Assembly: GCA_041492755.1 (NCBI GenBank)
Contig: JBGPXN010000050.1
Location: forward strand, 1-27,849
Origin: Candidatus Methylomirabilia bacterium
GTDB lineage: Bacteria > Methylomirabilota > Methylomirabilia > Rokubacteriales > CSP1-6
Direction: 5' to 3'
Length of the DNA stretch: 27,849 nucleotides
Of the stretch, positions 9,090 to 18,165 are shown in pieces. The notes below the pieces were generated by a model that saw only the letters and a list, made by a program, of their open reading frames with translations, was not told the DNA's origin and searched no databases. Each line of letters starts with the position of its first letter. Position 1 is the first letter of the stretch. The position numbers and the translations under genes were made by a program.

Positions 9090-9388
9090 TGTTCGTCGCC
9101 AACGTCTTCCTGGTGGCGGTGGCCAACGTGGTCAATCTCGTCCTCGTCGCCTACATGTGGATCATCATCGCGCGCGCGATCCTGTCCTGGGTCAACCCGG
9201 ATCAGGCCAACCCGATCGTGCGCTTCCTGTATCGGGTCACCGAGCCCGTGCTCCGACCGATCCGCCATCGCCTCCCGACCATGGCGATGGGTCTCGATCT
9301 CTCACCGATGGTCGTGCTCCTGGGGATCTACTTCCTCAAGGAGTTCCTGGTCCCCGTCCTGTACCGGCTCGCGTCCGAGATGGGGTAG
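9089..9388 (+). CDS. yggT: YggT/YlmG family membrane protein
   Basis: ILSWVNPD, NPIVRFLYRVTEPVLRPIR and GLDLSPMV motifs. Confidence 0.93.
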   Translation: MFVANVFLVAVANVVNLVLVAYMWIIIARAILSWVNPDQANPIVRFLYRVTEPVLRPIRHRLPTMAMGLDLSPMVVLLGIYFLKEFLVPVLYRLASEMG

Positions 9389-9405
9389 GGACGTCGGAGG
9401 TGGCG

Positions 9406-9885
9406 ATGCGTCTGACGCCAGTCGACATCCGGCAGCAGCAGTTCACGGTGCGGTCGTTCCGCGGCTTCGATCGGCAGGAGGTGGAGGCGTTCCTCGAGGA
9501 CGTCGCCGAGGAGCTGGAGACCGCCCTCAAGGACCACGCCGTGCTCAAGGAGCAGGTCGCGGTCCACGAGGAGCGCTCGCGAGGCGCCGCCGGGATCGAG
9601 AAGACGCTGAAGGACACGCTGGTGATGACCCAGCAGCTCGCCGACCAGGCGAAGGAAAACGCGCTGCGCGAAGCGCAGGCGATCATCCGGGACGCCGAGC
9701 TGCGCGGCGAGAAGATCCTGGACGATACCCGGGCCGAAGAGGCGCGGATCCGCACCGACATCCAGATGCTCAAGCGCACGCGGCGCCAGCTCGTCGAAGA
9801 CCTGCGCGCCACCGTCGACACGTACCAGCGGATGATCGCGGCCGACCTCGCGGAAGACCCTGGAGATGCGTCCCGACCGCGCTGA
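9406..9885 (+). CDS. divIVA: DivIVA domain protein
   Basis: MRLTPVDIRQQQF...RGFDRQEVEAFLE followed by a coiled coil; SD GGAGG upstream. Confidence 0.9.
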   Translation: MRLTPVDIRQQQFTVRSFRGFDRQEVEAFLEDVAEELETALKDHAVLKEQVAVHEERSRGAAGIEKTLKDTLVMTQQLADQAKENALREAQAIIRDAELRGEKILDDTRAEEARIRTDIQMLKRTRRQLVEDLRATVDTYQRMIAADLAEDPGDASRPR

Positions 9886-10165
9886 CGGCGGCGCGGTCCG
9901 TCTGCGCGTGCAACCGCGGGCCGCGCGCGACGCCATCGTGGGCTGGCGCGAGGGCGTGCTGCGGGTCAGCGTGACGGCGCCGCCGGTCGACGGTGAGGCG
10001 AACCACGCCGTCAGTGCGCTGCTGGCTCGCGTTCTCGGGGTCCGCCCGTCGGCGGTCGCGGTGGTGGCGGGGGCGCGGGGGCGCGACAAGCTGGTGCGGA
10101 TCGACGGATGGACGGCGGAGCAAGTCCGCGCGCGATTGGAAGGAGCAGGTCGATGCCGGCCGTGA
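9866..10165 (+). CDS. yggU: DUF167 / YggU family protein
   Basis: VRLRVQPRA, LRVSVTAPPVDGEAN and GARGRDK motifs. Confidence 0.88.
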   Translation: MRPDRADGGAVRLRVQPRAARDAIVGWREGVLRVSVTAPPVDGEANHAVSALLARVLGVRPSAVAVVAGARGRDKLVRIDGWTAEQVRARLEGAGRCRP

Positions 10166-11178
10166 TCCGTCCCGTGCACTGGGACGGCGACCGTCTGCTC
10201 CTCATCGACCAGACGCTGCTGCCCACGCAGGAGCTGACCCGCGAGTATCGGCGCTGGGAAGACGTCGCGGAGGCGATCAGCACGCTGGTCGTGCGGGGCG
10301 CGCCCGCGATCGGGGTGGCGGCGGCGTTCGGTGTCGTCCTCGCCGCGTCGCAGAGCAAAGCGACCAGCTCCGAGGACGTGCTCGCCGACCTCGAAATCGC
10401 GATCAAGGGCCTGGCCGCGACGCGGCCGACGGCGGTGAACCTGTTCTGGGCCCTCGAGCGGATGCGCCAGGCCGGCGTGGGCGCCCGCGAGCATGCGCCG
10501 AGCGAGCTCCGCGCGCGGCTCGAGCGCGAGGCGCGCGCGATCTTCGACGAAGACCTCGCCGGCAACCGCGCGCTCGGCCGCCACGGGGCCGAGCTGGTTC
10601 CCGCGAACGCGCGCATTCTCACCCACTGCAACGCCGGCGCGCTCGCGACGGCGGGGTACGGCACGGCCCTCGGGGTGGTGCGGGCGGCCCACGAGCGGGG
10701 CAAGGTGGCGCTCGTCTGGGTCGACGAGACGCGGCCGGTGATGCAGGGCTCGCGGCTGACCGCGTGGGAGTGCGTGCGCGAGGGCATCCCGCACCGGCTC
10801 ATCGCCGACGTCGTTGCGGGATCGCTCATGTCGCGGGGCGAGGTCGATCTCGTCGTCACCGGCGCCGATCGCATCGCGGCCAACGGCGACACCGCCAACA
10901 AGATCGGCACCTATTCGCTCGCCGTCCTCGCGCGGCATCATGGCGTGCCCTTCTACATCGCCGCGCCGTTCTCGACCATCGACCCCGCGCTGCCGTCGGG
11001 CGACGGCATCCCGATCGAAGAGCGGAGCGCGCTCGAAGTACGCCGCGTGGGTGCGCAGGTGACGGCACCGGAGGCCTCGCCGGTGTTCAACCCCGCGTTC
11101 GACGTGACGCCGGCCAGTCTGATCACCGCGATCATCACCGAGCGAGGAGTCTTCACGCCGCCCTACCGGTTCCAGTGA
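10153..11178 (+). CDS. mtnA: S-methyl-5-thioribose-1-phosphate isomerase
   Basis: VRGAPAIG, TRPTAVNL, LTHCNAGALAT, ETRP, GADRIAANGDTANKIGTY and NPAFDVTP motifs; SD AGGAG upstream. Confidence 0.96.
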   Translation: MPAVIRPVHWDGDRLLLIDQTLLPTQELTREYRRWEDVAEAISTLVVRGAPAIGVAAAFGVVLAASQSKATSSEDVLADLEIAIKGLAATRPTAVNLFWALERMRQAGVGAREHAPSELRARLEREARAIFDEDLAGNRALGRHGAELVPANARILTHCNAGALATAGYGTALGVVRAAHERGKVALVWVDETRPVMQGSRLTAWECVREGIPHRLIADVVAGSLMSRGEVDLVVTGADRIAANGDTANKIGTYSLAVLARHHGVPFYIAAPFSTIDPALPSGDGIPIEERSALEVRRVGAQVTAPEASPVFNPAFDVTPASLITAIITERGVFTPPYRFQ

Positions 11179-11191
11179 TCGCGGTGCGACG

Positions 11192-12706
11192 ATGACGGAG
11201 CGGGGACCGGCCGCGCGCGAGTTCCACGACGCGACGACCCACACTCCGCACTCCATCCGCACCAGCGGTCACACGCTCGAGTGGGACATCAAGCCGTTTC
11301 CGTTCAAGGTGTACACCGACGCGCCGGCCCTCACGCTGCCGCGCTCGTTCGATCCGATCACGGTCGACACCCTGCGGGCGCTGGAAGCGACGGGGGGCGT
11401 GGCGGGCGCCGCTGCTCCGCTCACCCTCGAGTCCTTGACCGCGCTGCTCTACTTCTCCGCGGGCGTGACCAGGAAGAAGACGTATCCGGGCGGTGGCGAA
11501 GTGCTGTTCCGGGCCGCCGCGTCCACGGGCGCGCTCTATCAGACCGAGGTGTACGTCGTGGCCGGTACGGTGGCCGGGCTCGAGGCCGGGCTCTACCACT
11601 TCTGCCCCGGCGACTTCACCCTGCGCCGGCTGCGCGCGGGCGATATCCGCGGGCCGCTGGCGCGCGCCGCCGTGGATGAAAGCGTGCGCACGCGGGCGGC
11701 CACACTCGTGCTGTCGGCGATCTACTGGCGGAATACCTGGAAGTACCAGGCGCGCGGCTATCGCCATCTCTTCTGGGATTCCGGCACGATGCTCGCCAAT
11801 CTCTTGAGCGCCGGCGGCGCCCTGGGCCTGGCTCCACGCGTGGTGACGGGCTTCGTCGATGCGGACGTGAATCACCTGCTCGGGCTCGACGTCGAGCGCG
11901 AGGCGGTGCTGGAGCTCGTGCCCGTCGGTCCCGAAACCGAACCGGCGCCGGCCGTCGAATCACCCCCCGCGATCGCGCCGGACGTACTGCCGCTGTCCTC
12001 GGACCAGGTGGACTACCCGGACCTCCGGGCGATGCACGAGGCGTCGAGCCTGCGCTCGGCGGAGGAGGGGGGGCGTGCCTGGCGAGCGAGCCCGTCGCCG
12101 CCGCGTCGGCCACCGCCGCCCGGGCTCACGCCGCTTCCACCGCCACGAAGGGAGGCCGGCCGCAGCCTCGGCGACACCATCCAGCATCGCGGCTCCTCCC
12201 GCCGGTTCGCCCACCAGCCGCTGACCGCACTGGAGTTTTCTACGGTGCTCTGGGCGGCGAGCCGTGATATCGACGCCGACGTCCCGTCCGGGCTCGTGGA
12301 CTGGTACCTCGTCGTCAACGCGGTCGACGGTGTGCCGTCCGGCGCCTACTGTTACTGGCGCGAGCGCCACCGCCTCGAGTTGCTGGCGGCCGGCGATTTC
12401 CGCCGCGAGTCCGCGCGGCTCTGTCTCGAGCAGGCCCTGGGCGGCGATGCGGCGGCGGTGATCTACTTCCTCGCGCCCTTGAACGCGATCCTCGCGGCCT
12501 TCGGCAACCGCGGCTACCGCGTGGTCAACCTGGAAGCTGGCATCGGCGGCGGCCGGGCGTACCTGGCGGCGTACGCCCAGGGATTCGGCGCGAGCGGACT
12601 CACGTTCTACGACCGCGAGGTCGTCTCGTTCTTCTCGCCGCACGCCGCCGGCCGCGACGCGATCTTCGTCACCGCGCTCGGGCGCGGCGCGCGGTCGCCG
12701 ACGTGA
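11192..12706 (+). CDS. SagB/ThcOx family FMN dehydrogenase (tandem nitroreductase domains)
   Basis: RAAASTGALY, WKYQARGYRHLFWDSG, a second domain with HRGSSRRF and FGNRGYR, and GLTFYD. Confidence 0.85.
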   Translation: MTERGPAAREFHDATTHTPHSIRTSGHTLEWDIKPFPFKVYTDAPALTLPRSFDPITVDTLRALEATGGVAGAAAPLTLESLTALLYFSAGVTRKKTYPGGGEVLFRAAASTGALYQTEVYVVAGTVAGLEAGLYHFCPGDFTLRRLRAGDIRGPLARAAVDESVRTRAATLVLSAIYWRNTWKYQARGYRHLFWDSGTMLANLLSAGGALGLAPRVVTGFVDADVNHLLGLDVEREAVLELVPVGPETEPAPAVESPPAIAPDVLPLSSDQVDYPDLRAMHEASSLRSAEEGGRAWRASPSPPRRPPPPGLTPLPPPRREAGRSLGDTIQHRGSSRRFAHQPLTALEFSTVLWAASRDIDADVPSGLVDWYLVVNAVDGVPSGAYCYWRERHRLELLAAGDFRRESARLCLEQALGGDAAAVIYFLAPLNAILAAFGNRGYRVVNLEAGIGGGRAYLAAYAQGFGASGLTFYDREVVSFFSPHAAGRDAIFVTALGRGARSPT

Positions 12707-13713
12707 GATACGGGAAGCTCGCGCTCCTGGCCACCGCCGCCGTCGCCGCGCCGGCGGTGGCATGGCTCGCGGTGACCCGCAACCGCCGTCCGGGCCTGCG
12801 CGCGTATGACGCCCTCGCCCTCCCGCGCGAGGGGGCCGCCGAAACGGTGACGCCCCCGGCGTTGAGGGTCGTGTTCCTCGGCGTCTCCACGTTGCTCTTC
12901 GACGACGGCGAGACGGCGCTCATGACCGACGGGTTCTTCACCCGTCCCGGGCTTTTCCACCTCGTGCGCATGGCGCCCGATCGTGATCTCATCGCCCGCT
13001 CGTTGAAGCGCGCGGGCGTCACCTCACTGGCCGCCATCATCCCGATTCACTCGCACTACGACCACGCGCTCGATTCGCCGGTGGTCGCTCACCAGACCGG
13101 TGCCCTGCTCGTGGGGTCGACGTCCTCGGCCAACATCGCCCGTGGCTCCGGGTTGCCCGAGGAGCGGATCAAGGTCGTCACCAACGGTGAGACGCTACGA
13201 TTCGGCCGGTTCAGCGTCACCTTGCTGGCGTCCGTTCATAGCCCGCATGCGCTGTTTCCCGGGGAGATCACGGCGCCGCTCTCGCCGCCCGCGAGCGCGG
13301 GCGCGTACAGGATGGGCGATTGCTATTCCGTGCTGATCGAGCACGCGGGACGGACGACCCTGGTGCAGGGGAGCGCCGGCTTCATCCCGGGCGCCTTGAA
13401 GGGGCGGACAGCGGACGTGGTCTACCTCGGGGTCGGCACGTTGGGCAAGCGGGATGAGGCATACCGGGACGCCTACTGGCGCGAGGTGGTCGAGACCGTC
13501 GGCGCGCGCCGGGTGATCGTCGTCCACTGGGACGACTTCTGGAAGCCGCTGGACGAGCCCCTCGTCCCGCTGCCGCGGCTCGTGGACGACTTCGACGCCA
13601 CCATGCGGTTCTTGCGGGCCCGGGGCGAGGAGACGGGCGTGGATATTCGAGTGCCGGTCGCGTGGGCATCGACGGACCCGTTCGCCGGCCTCACTCCGCC
13701 CTCGGGTCGGTGA
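12703..13713 (+). CDS. Metallo-beta-lactamase fold hydrolase with N-terminal membrane anchor/signal
   Basis: FLGVSTLL..DGETALMTDGFFTRP, HSHYDH (HxHxDH) and HWDDF motifs. Confidence 0.85.
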   Translation: MRYGKLALLATAAVAAPAVAWLAVTRNRRPGLRAYDALALPREGAAETVTPPALRVVFLGVSTLLFDDGETALMTDGFFTRPGLFHLVRMAPDRDLIARSLKRAGVTSLAAIIPIHSHYDHALDSPVVAHQTGALLVGSTSSANIARGSGLPEERIKVVTNGETLRFGRFSVTLLASVHSPHALFPGEITAPLSPPASAGAYRMGDCYSVLIEHAGRTTLVQGSAGFIPGALKGRTADVVYLGVGTLGKRDEAYRDAYWREVVETVGARRVIVVHWDDFWKPLDEPLVPLPRLVDDFDATMRFLRARGEETGVDIRVPVAWASTDPFAGLTPPSGR

Positions 13714-13767
13714 GCCGGACCATTCGGCTCCGGACGCGTCGACCGATTGGCGCGGACTGGTTTGAAG

Positions 13768-13797
13768 TTGCCACTGCTCGGGCTTCGCCGGTACAGT
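13768..13797 (+). promoter_or_regulatory. Putative sigma70 promoter
   Basis: TTGCCA-N18-TACAGT upstream of SD GAGGAGG and ATG 13836. Confidence 0.45.
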
Positions 13798-13835
13798 GAC
13801 GGAGTAGGCGAAATCGCCGACGAGGAGGCGAGTTG

Positions 13836-14978
13836 ATGAAGAAGTACCAGCTCATGGCGCCGGGACCCACCCCCGTGCCGAGCCAGGTGCTGCTGGCCAT
13901 GGCGCAGCCCATCCTTCACCACCGCACGCCGGAGTACGAGGCGATCTTCGCCGACGTGCGCGCGGGGCTCCGGCGATTGTTCCGGACCACGCAAGAGGTC
14001 CTCACGCTCGCGTGCTCGGGGACCGGTGTCATGGAAGCGGCGGTGGCGAACACGCTGTCGGCCGGTGACACCGTGGCCGTCGTGCGCGCCGGCAAATTCG
14101 GTGATCGCTGGCTGGAGCTGGCCAAGGCGTTCGGGCTGACCGTCGTCGATCTCACCGCGCCATTCGGGCAGACCATCGCCCCGGAGCGCATCGCCAAGGC
14201 GCTCGAGACTCGGCCCGAGATCAAGGCCGTACTCGTTCAGCACAGCGAGACCTCCACCGGTGTCCTGCACGACGTCCGCGCTTACGCGCAGATCACGCGC
14301 GGCACCACCGCCATCCTCGTCGTCGACGCGGTCTCCAGTCTCGGTATCGCCGACATGCCGATGGACGCGTGGGGGATCGACCTCGTCGTCGCCGGCTCCC
14401 AGAAAGGTCTGATGCTGCCGCCCGGGCTCGGCTTCGTCGCGCTCAGCGACAAGGCGTGGGCGAAGGTGGCGACCTCCACCCTGCCGAAGTACTACTTCGA
14501 CCTCGCGGCCGAGCGGAAGTACCAGAGCAAGAACGAGGTGCACTTCACCCCCGCGGTCAGCATCGTGATGGGGCTGCGTGAGGTGATGCGCATGCTCGAC
14601 GACGAAGGCCTCGACGACGTCTTCAAGCGCCACGATCGCCTCGCCCGCGCCACCCGGGCCGGCGTCGAAGCGCTCGGTCTCGAGCTGTTCGCCAAGGCCA
14701 CCCCGAGCCCGGCGCTGACCGCCGTCGTCTCGCCGCGGGGCGTGGACAGCGAGAAGATCGTCGCCGCCTACTCGAAGAGCCACAACATCACGATCGCGGG
14801 CGGGCAGGGCGAGATGAAGGGCAAGCTCTTCCGCCTCGGCCACATGGGCTACGCGGCCGAGTTCGACACCATCGCGGCGCTCGCCGCGCTGGAGCAGGTG
14901 CTCGCCGAGCTCGGCGTGCCGGTGGATTACGGGGCGGGCGTGCGGGGCGCCCAGAAGGTCTTCGCCGAGAAATCGTGA
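13836..14978 (+). CDS. Class V PLP aminotransferase (AGT/SGAT family), probable phosphoserine aminotransferase by context
   Basis: PGPTPVP, SGTGVMEA, HSETSTG, DAVSS, GSQKGLMLPPG and FRLGHMG motifs; translationally coupled to serA. Confidence 0.88.
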   Translation: MKKYQLMAPGPTPVPSQVLLAMAQPILHHRTPEYEAIFADVRAGLRRLFRTTQEVLTLACSGTGVMEAAVANTLSAGDTVAVVRAGKFGDRWLELAKAFGLTVVDLTAPFGQTIAPERIAKALETRPEIKAVLVQHSETSTGVLHDVRAYAQITRGTTAILVVDAVSSLGIADMPMDAWGIDLVVAGSQKGLMLPPGLGFVALSDKAWAKVATSTLPKYYFDLAAERKYQSKNEVHFTPAVSIVMGLREVMRMLDDEGLDDVFKRHDRLARATRAGVEALGLELFAKATPSPALTAVVSPRGVDSEKIVAAYSKSHNITIAGGQGEMKGKLFRLGHMGYAAEFDTIAALAALEQVLAELGVPVDYGAGVRGAQKVFAEKS

Positions 14979-16558
14979 AGCGTGTCCTCGTCGCCGATGG
15001 GCTGAACGCCGCCGGCGTCGACGCGCTCCGCAAGCAGGGGCTGGACGTCGACGTCACGCCGTCGCTGGCCGAGCCGGCCCTGATCGCGCGCATCCCGGAG
15101 TACGAGGGGCTCATCGTCCGGAGCGCGACCAAGGTGACGCGCGCGGCCATCGAGGCCGGCGCGCGCCTGGAGGTGATCGGCCGGGCGGGTGCCGGGGTCG
15201 ACACCATCGACGTGGATGCCGCCACCGAACGCGGCGTCATCGTCATGAACACGCCGGGCGGCAACACCACCGCCGTCGCCGAGCACACGTTCGGATTGCT
15301 GCTCGCGCTCGCCCGCCGGCTGCCGGCCGCCGATGCGTCGCTGAAGGCCGGGCGGTGGGAGAAGAGCGGCCTGCAGGGCGTCGAGCTCTTCGGCAAGATC
15401 CTCGGCCTGGTGGGGCTCGGCCGCATCGGTGCGGAGGTCGCCCGGCGCGCGCAGGGCTTCCGGATGCAGGTCATCGCGTTCGATCCGTACCTCACCCGTG
15501 AAGCGGCCGAGCGCATGGGTGTCGAAAGCGTCGAGCTGGACGAGCTGCTGGCCCGCGCCGACTTCATCTCCGTCCACACGCCGCTGATTCCGGAAACGCA
15601 CCACCTGCTCGGTGAGGCCCAGCTCGCGCGGGTCAAGCCCGGCGTGCGCATCATCAACTGCGCCCGGGGTGGAATCGTCGACGAGGTCGCGCTCGCCGCC
15701 GCCATCACGAGCGGCCGCGTGGCCGGCGCCGGGCTCGACGTCTTCGAGCAGGAGCCGCCGCCCGCGGATCATCCGCTCACGCACCTGCCCCAGGTGGTGG
15801 TCACGCCGCACCTCGGCGCCGCCACCGACGAGGCGCAGGCCGCGGTCGCGCTGGCCATCGCCGAGCAGGTCGGCGACGCGCTCGTGCGCGGCGTCGTGGT
15901 GAACGCGGTGAACCTGCCGTCGATGGACGCCGAGACGCACAAGGAGCAGGCGCCGTATCTGCAGCTGGCCGCCAGCATGGGACGCTTCCTGGCCCAGATC
16001 GCCGACGGTCGCATGGCCGAGGCGCGCCTGACCTTCGCGGGTGACGTGGCGAGCCGTCCCACCGCGGCGCTCACGTTGGCGTTCGTGCGCGGGGTGCTCA
16101 GCACGATCCTGTCCGAGCACGTCACCGACGTGAACGCGCTGCTCATCGCCCGCGCGCGTGGTCTCCGGGTGACGGAGACGTCGACGGCCGAGAGCGAGGA
16201 CTACGCGAGCGTGCTGACCGCCGAGTTGCGGACCGATCGCGAGACCCGCAGTGTCGCCGGGGCCATCTTCCACCGCCGCGAGCCGCGCTTCGTGAACATC
16301 GACGGCTACGCCCTGGAAGCGGTGCCCCTGGGCTTCATGCTGATCTTCGCCAACCAGGACGTGCCCGGTGTGGTCGGCCGCATCGGCACGCTCTGCGGCA
16401 AGCACGGCGTCAACATCGCCGGCATGCAGCTCGGGCGCGAGCGCCGTGGCGGCCGCGCCGTCTCCATCCTCAATCTCGACGACCCGATGCCGGCGCCGGT
16501 GCTGGAGGAGATCAGGAAAATGCCGGACATCGTCTTCGCCAAGCTGGTCAAGCTGTAG
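14975..16558 (+). CDS. serA: D-3-phosphoglycerate dehydrogenase (type I, with ASB and ACT domains)
   Basis: IVRSATKV, GRAGAGVD, GLVGLGRIG, INCARGG, PHLGA and C-terminal DVPGVVGRIG..VNIA ACT domain. Confidence 0.96.
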   Translation: MKRVLVADGLNAAGVDALRKQGLDVDVTPSLAEPALIARIPEYEGLIVRSATKVTRAAIEAGARLEVIGRAGAGVDTIDVDAATERGVIVMNTPGGNTTAVAEHTFGLLLALARRLPAADASLKAGRWEKSGLQGVELFGKILGLVGLGRIGAEVARRAQGFRMQVIAFDPYLTREAAERMGVESVELDELLARADFISVHTPLIPETHHLLGEAQLARVKPGVRIINCARGGIVDEVALAAAITSGRVAGAGLDVFEQEPPPADHPLTHLPQVVVTPHLGAATDEAQAAVALAIAEQVGDALVRGVVVNAVNLPSMDAETHKEQAPYLQLAASMGRFLAQIADGRMAEARLTFAGDVASRPTAALTLAFVRGVLSTILSEHVTDVNALLIARARGLRVTETSTAESEDYASVLTAELRTDRETRSVAGAIFHRREPRFVNIDGYALEAVPLGFMLIFANQDVPGVVGRIGTLCGKHGVNIAGMQLGRERRGGRAVSILNLDDPMPAPVLEEIRKMPDIVFAKLVKL

Positions 16559-16559
16559 T

Positions 16560-16680
16560 CAGGCCGATCAAAACGGGTCAGATGCGAGGCGGCGAGGAGC
16601 GACGACTGAGACGTGGCCCGGCCACGTCGCAGGGAGGAGCGACGAACCAACGACGCAGGTGGCCCGTTTTCATCGGCCTG
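16560..16680. repeat. Palindromic MITE/REP-like element, long copy
   Basis: caggccgatcaaaacgggtcagatgcg ... cgcaggtggcccgttttcatcggcctg terminal inverted repeats with internal hairpin gacgtggcc-c-ggccacgtc. Confidence 0.78.
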
Positions 16681-17386
16681 CGCCGATGGCGTAGCGCGCC
16701 TCGACGGTCACGACAATCTCGAGCTGCCCCGGCTCCACCGGTCCCGCCGCTTCCATCGCCATGGTGGCCATGCGTACCGCCATCGGACGGACGCTTCCAC
16801 CCTCGGTGAGGGCCAGAACGTCGCCCAGCGCCACGCCCGCGGCGTCCGCGATGCGCCGCGCGCGGGCCGCCGCATCACGGACGGCCAGGGTCCGCGCCTC
16901 CGCCTGAGCCGCCGACGGATCTTCCACGGTGAAGCCGATCCCGCGAACGGTGTTGGCGCCGGCCGCGATGGCCGCGTCGACGAGCGCGGCAACGGTGTCC
17001 AGCTTCCGCGACTTGACCTGCACGATGTTGGCGACGTGGTAGGCAATGATGCGTGGCGGCTCGTCGTCCAGGCGCGGGGCGGTCGCCCGGGGCTCGATGG
17101 TGTACGTCACCGTCTTGACGTCCCGTTCGGTGATTCCCAGCGCCCGAAGGCGCGCGAGCACGGCCGTCATGCGCTGGCCGACGTCGGCGATCGCGTCGGC
17201 CAGGGCCGGGCGGCGCGCCTCGGCGCCGAGCGTCACGACCGCGAGGTCGGGTCGCAGGCTGACGGTGCCCGTGCCCGTCACGGTGATGGCGCGGCGAGCC
17301 TCGGTGGATTCGAGCGCGCCGGCGCAGCCGGCGGCCAGGCCAGTGACGATCAGCAGGGCGACGACGCTCGCGCTCCCACGACTCAT
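16670..17386 (-). CDS. SIMPL/DUF541 family lipoprotein
   Basis: Lipobox LAAG-C, ITVTGTGTV..PD.A, AVRDAAARA..IA.AAGV.LG and PGQLEI motifs. Confidence 0.9.
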   Translation of the reverse strand: MSRGSASVVALLIVTGLAAGCAGALESTEARRAITVTGTGTVSLRPDLAVVTLGAEARRPALADAIADVGQRMTAVLARLRALGITERDVKTVTYTIEPRATAPRLDDEPPRIIAYHVANIVQVKSRKLDTVAALVDAAIAAGANTVRGIGFTVEDPSAAQAEARTLAVRDAAARARRIADAAGVALGDVLALTEGGSVRPMAVRMATMAMEAAGPVEPGQLEIVVTVEARYAIGAGR

Positions 17387-17517
17387 GACCCGACCACGGT
17401 AGGGACCGGCCGCGCCGCGGTCAAGCGCATCCTGGGGGACGGCTTCGGCGACCGAAGCACTGCCCATCCTGGCCGTAAGGTCGCGTTTCGGGGGAAAAAG
17501 GCTAAAATGGACGGGTT

Positions 17518-18165
17518 GTGGACAGCCTCCACCTCTTCCTTGTACGCCATGCCGAAAGCGAGTGGTCGCGCGAGCGGCGCTTCACGGGCAGCCGTGACGT
17601 CGGACTGACGGACGAAGGTCGCCGGCAAGCGGAGGCACTCGCGCACGCCCTGAGCGCCGTTCCCTTGGCGGCCGTCTACGCGAGCCCGCTGATCCGCAGC
17701 GTCGAGACCGCGGAGGCGATCGCGCGTCCCCGCAGCCTCACCGTGAGCGTGGAACCCGCGTTCCGCGAGATGGCCTTCGGCGAGTGGGAAGGCCTCACCC
17801 GCGACGAGGCGGCCAGCCGCTTCCCCGCGCTCTACGAGTGCTGGCGACGCACGCCGGGCCAGTTGGTTTGCCCGAGTGGCGAGGCGATGGCTGCGGTGAA
17901 CGCGCGCGTGGCCGAGGCGATCGCGAAGCTGCGCGGCGCCCACGCCGGCACGACGGTGGCGCTGGTCACGCACGCCGTCATCATTCGTCTCGTGGTGCTG
18001 GCGGCCCTCGGCCTCGATCTGGACCGCATCTGGTCGATCGACGCCTCGCCGGCCGGGATCACCGAGATCGAGTACCGCGGCGACTGGGCCACGCTCCACC
18101 GCGTGAACACCGTGGCGCACCTGGAGGCGCCGCGCGAGGCGATGGAAGGGGCGCCCCGCGCATGA
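17518..18165 (+). CDS. Histidine phosphatase (phosphoglycerate mutase superfamily), candidate phosphoserine phosphatase
   Basis: LVRHAESEW, SPLIRSVETA, REMAFGEWEG and VTHAVII motifs. A TAAAAT at 17503-17508 suggests a near-leaderless transcript. Confidence 0.88.
   Translation: MDSLHLFLVRHAESEWSRERRFTGSRDVGLTDEGRRQAEALAHALSAVPLAAVYASPLIRSVETAEAIARPRSLTVSVEPAFREMAFGEWEGLTRDEAASRFPALYECWRRTPGQLVCPSGEAMAAVNARVAEAIAKLRGAHAGTTVALVTHAVIIRLVVLAALGLDLDRIWSIDASPAGITEIEYRGDWATLHRVNTVAHLEAPREAMEGAPRA

Noticed and set aside
12061..12073. G7 run in the SagB-type gene as a phase-variation tract
   Set aside because: The run is short and in frame, which is unremarkable at this GC content.
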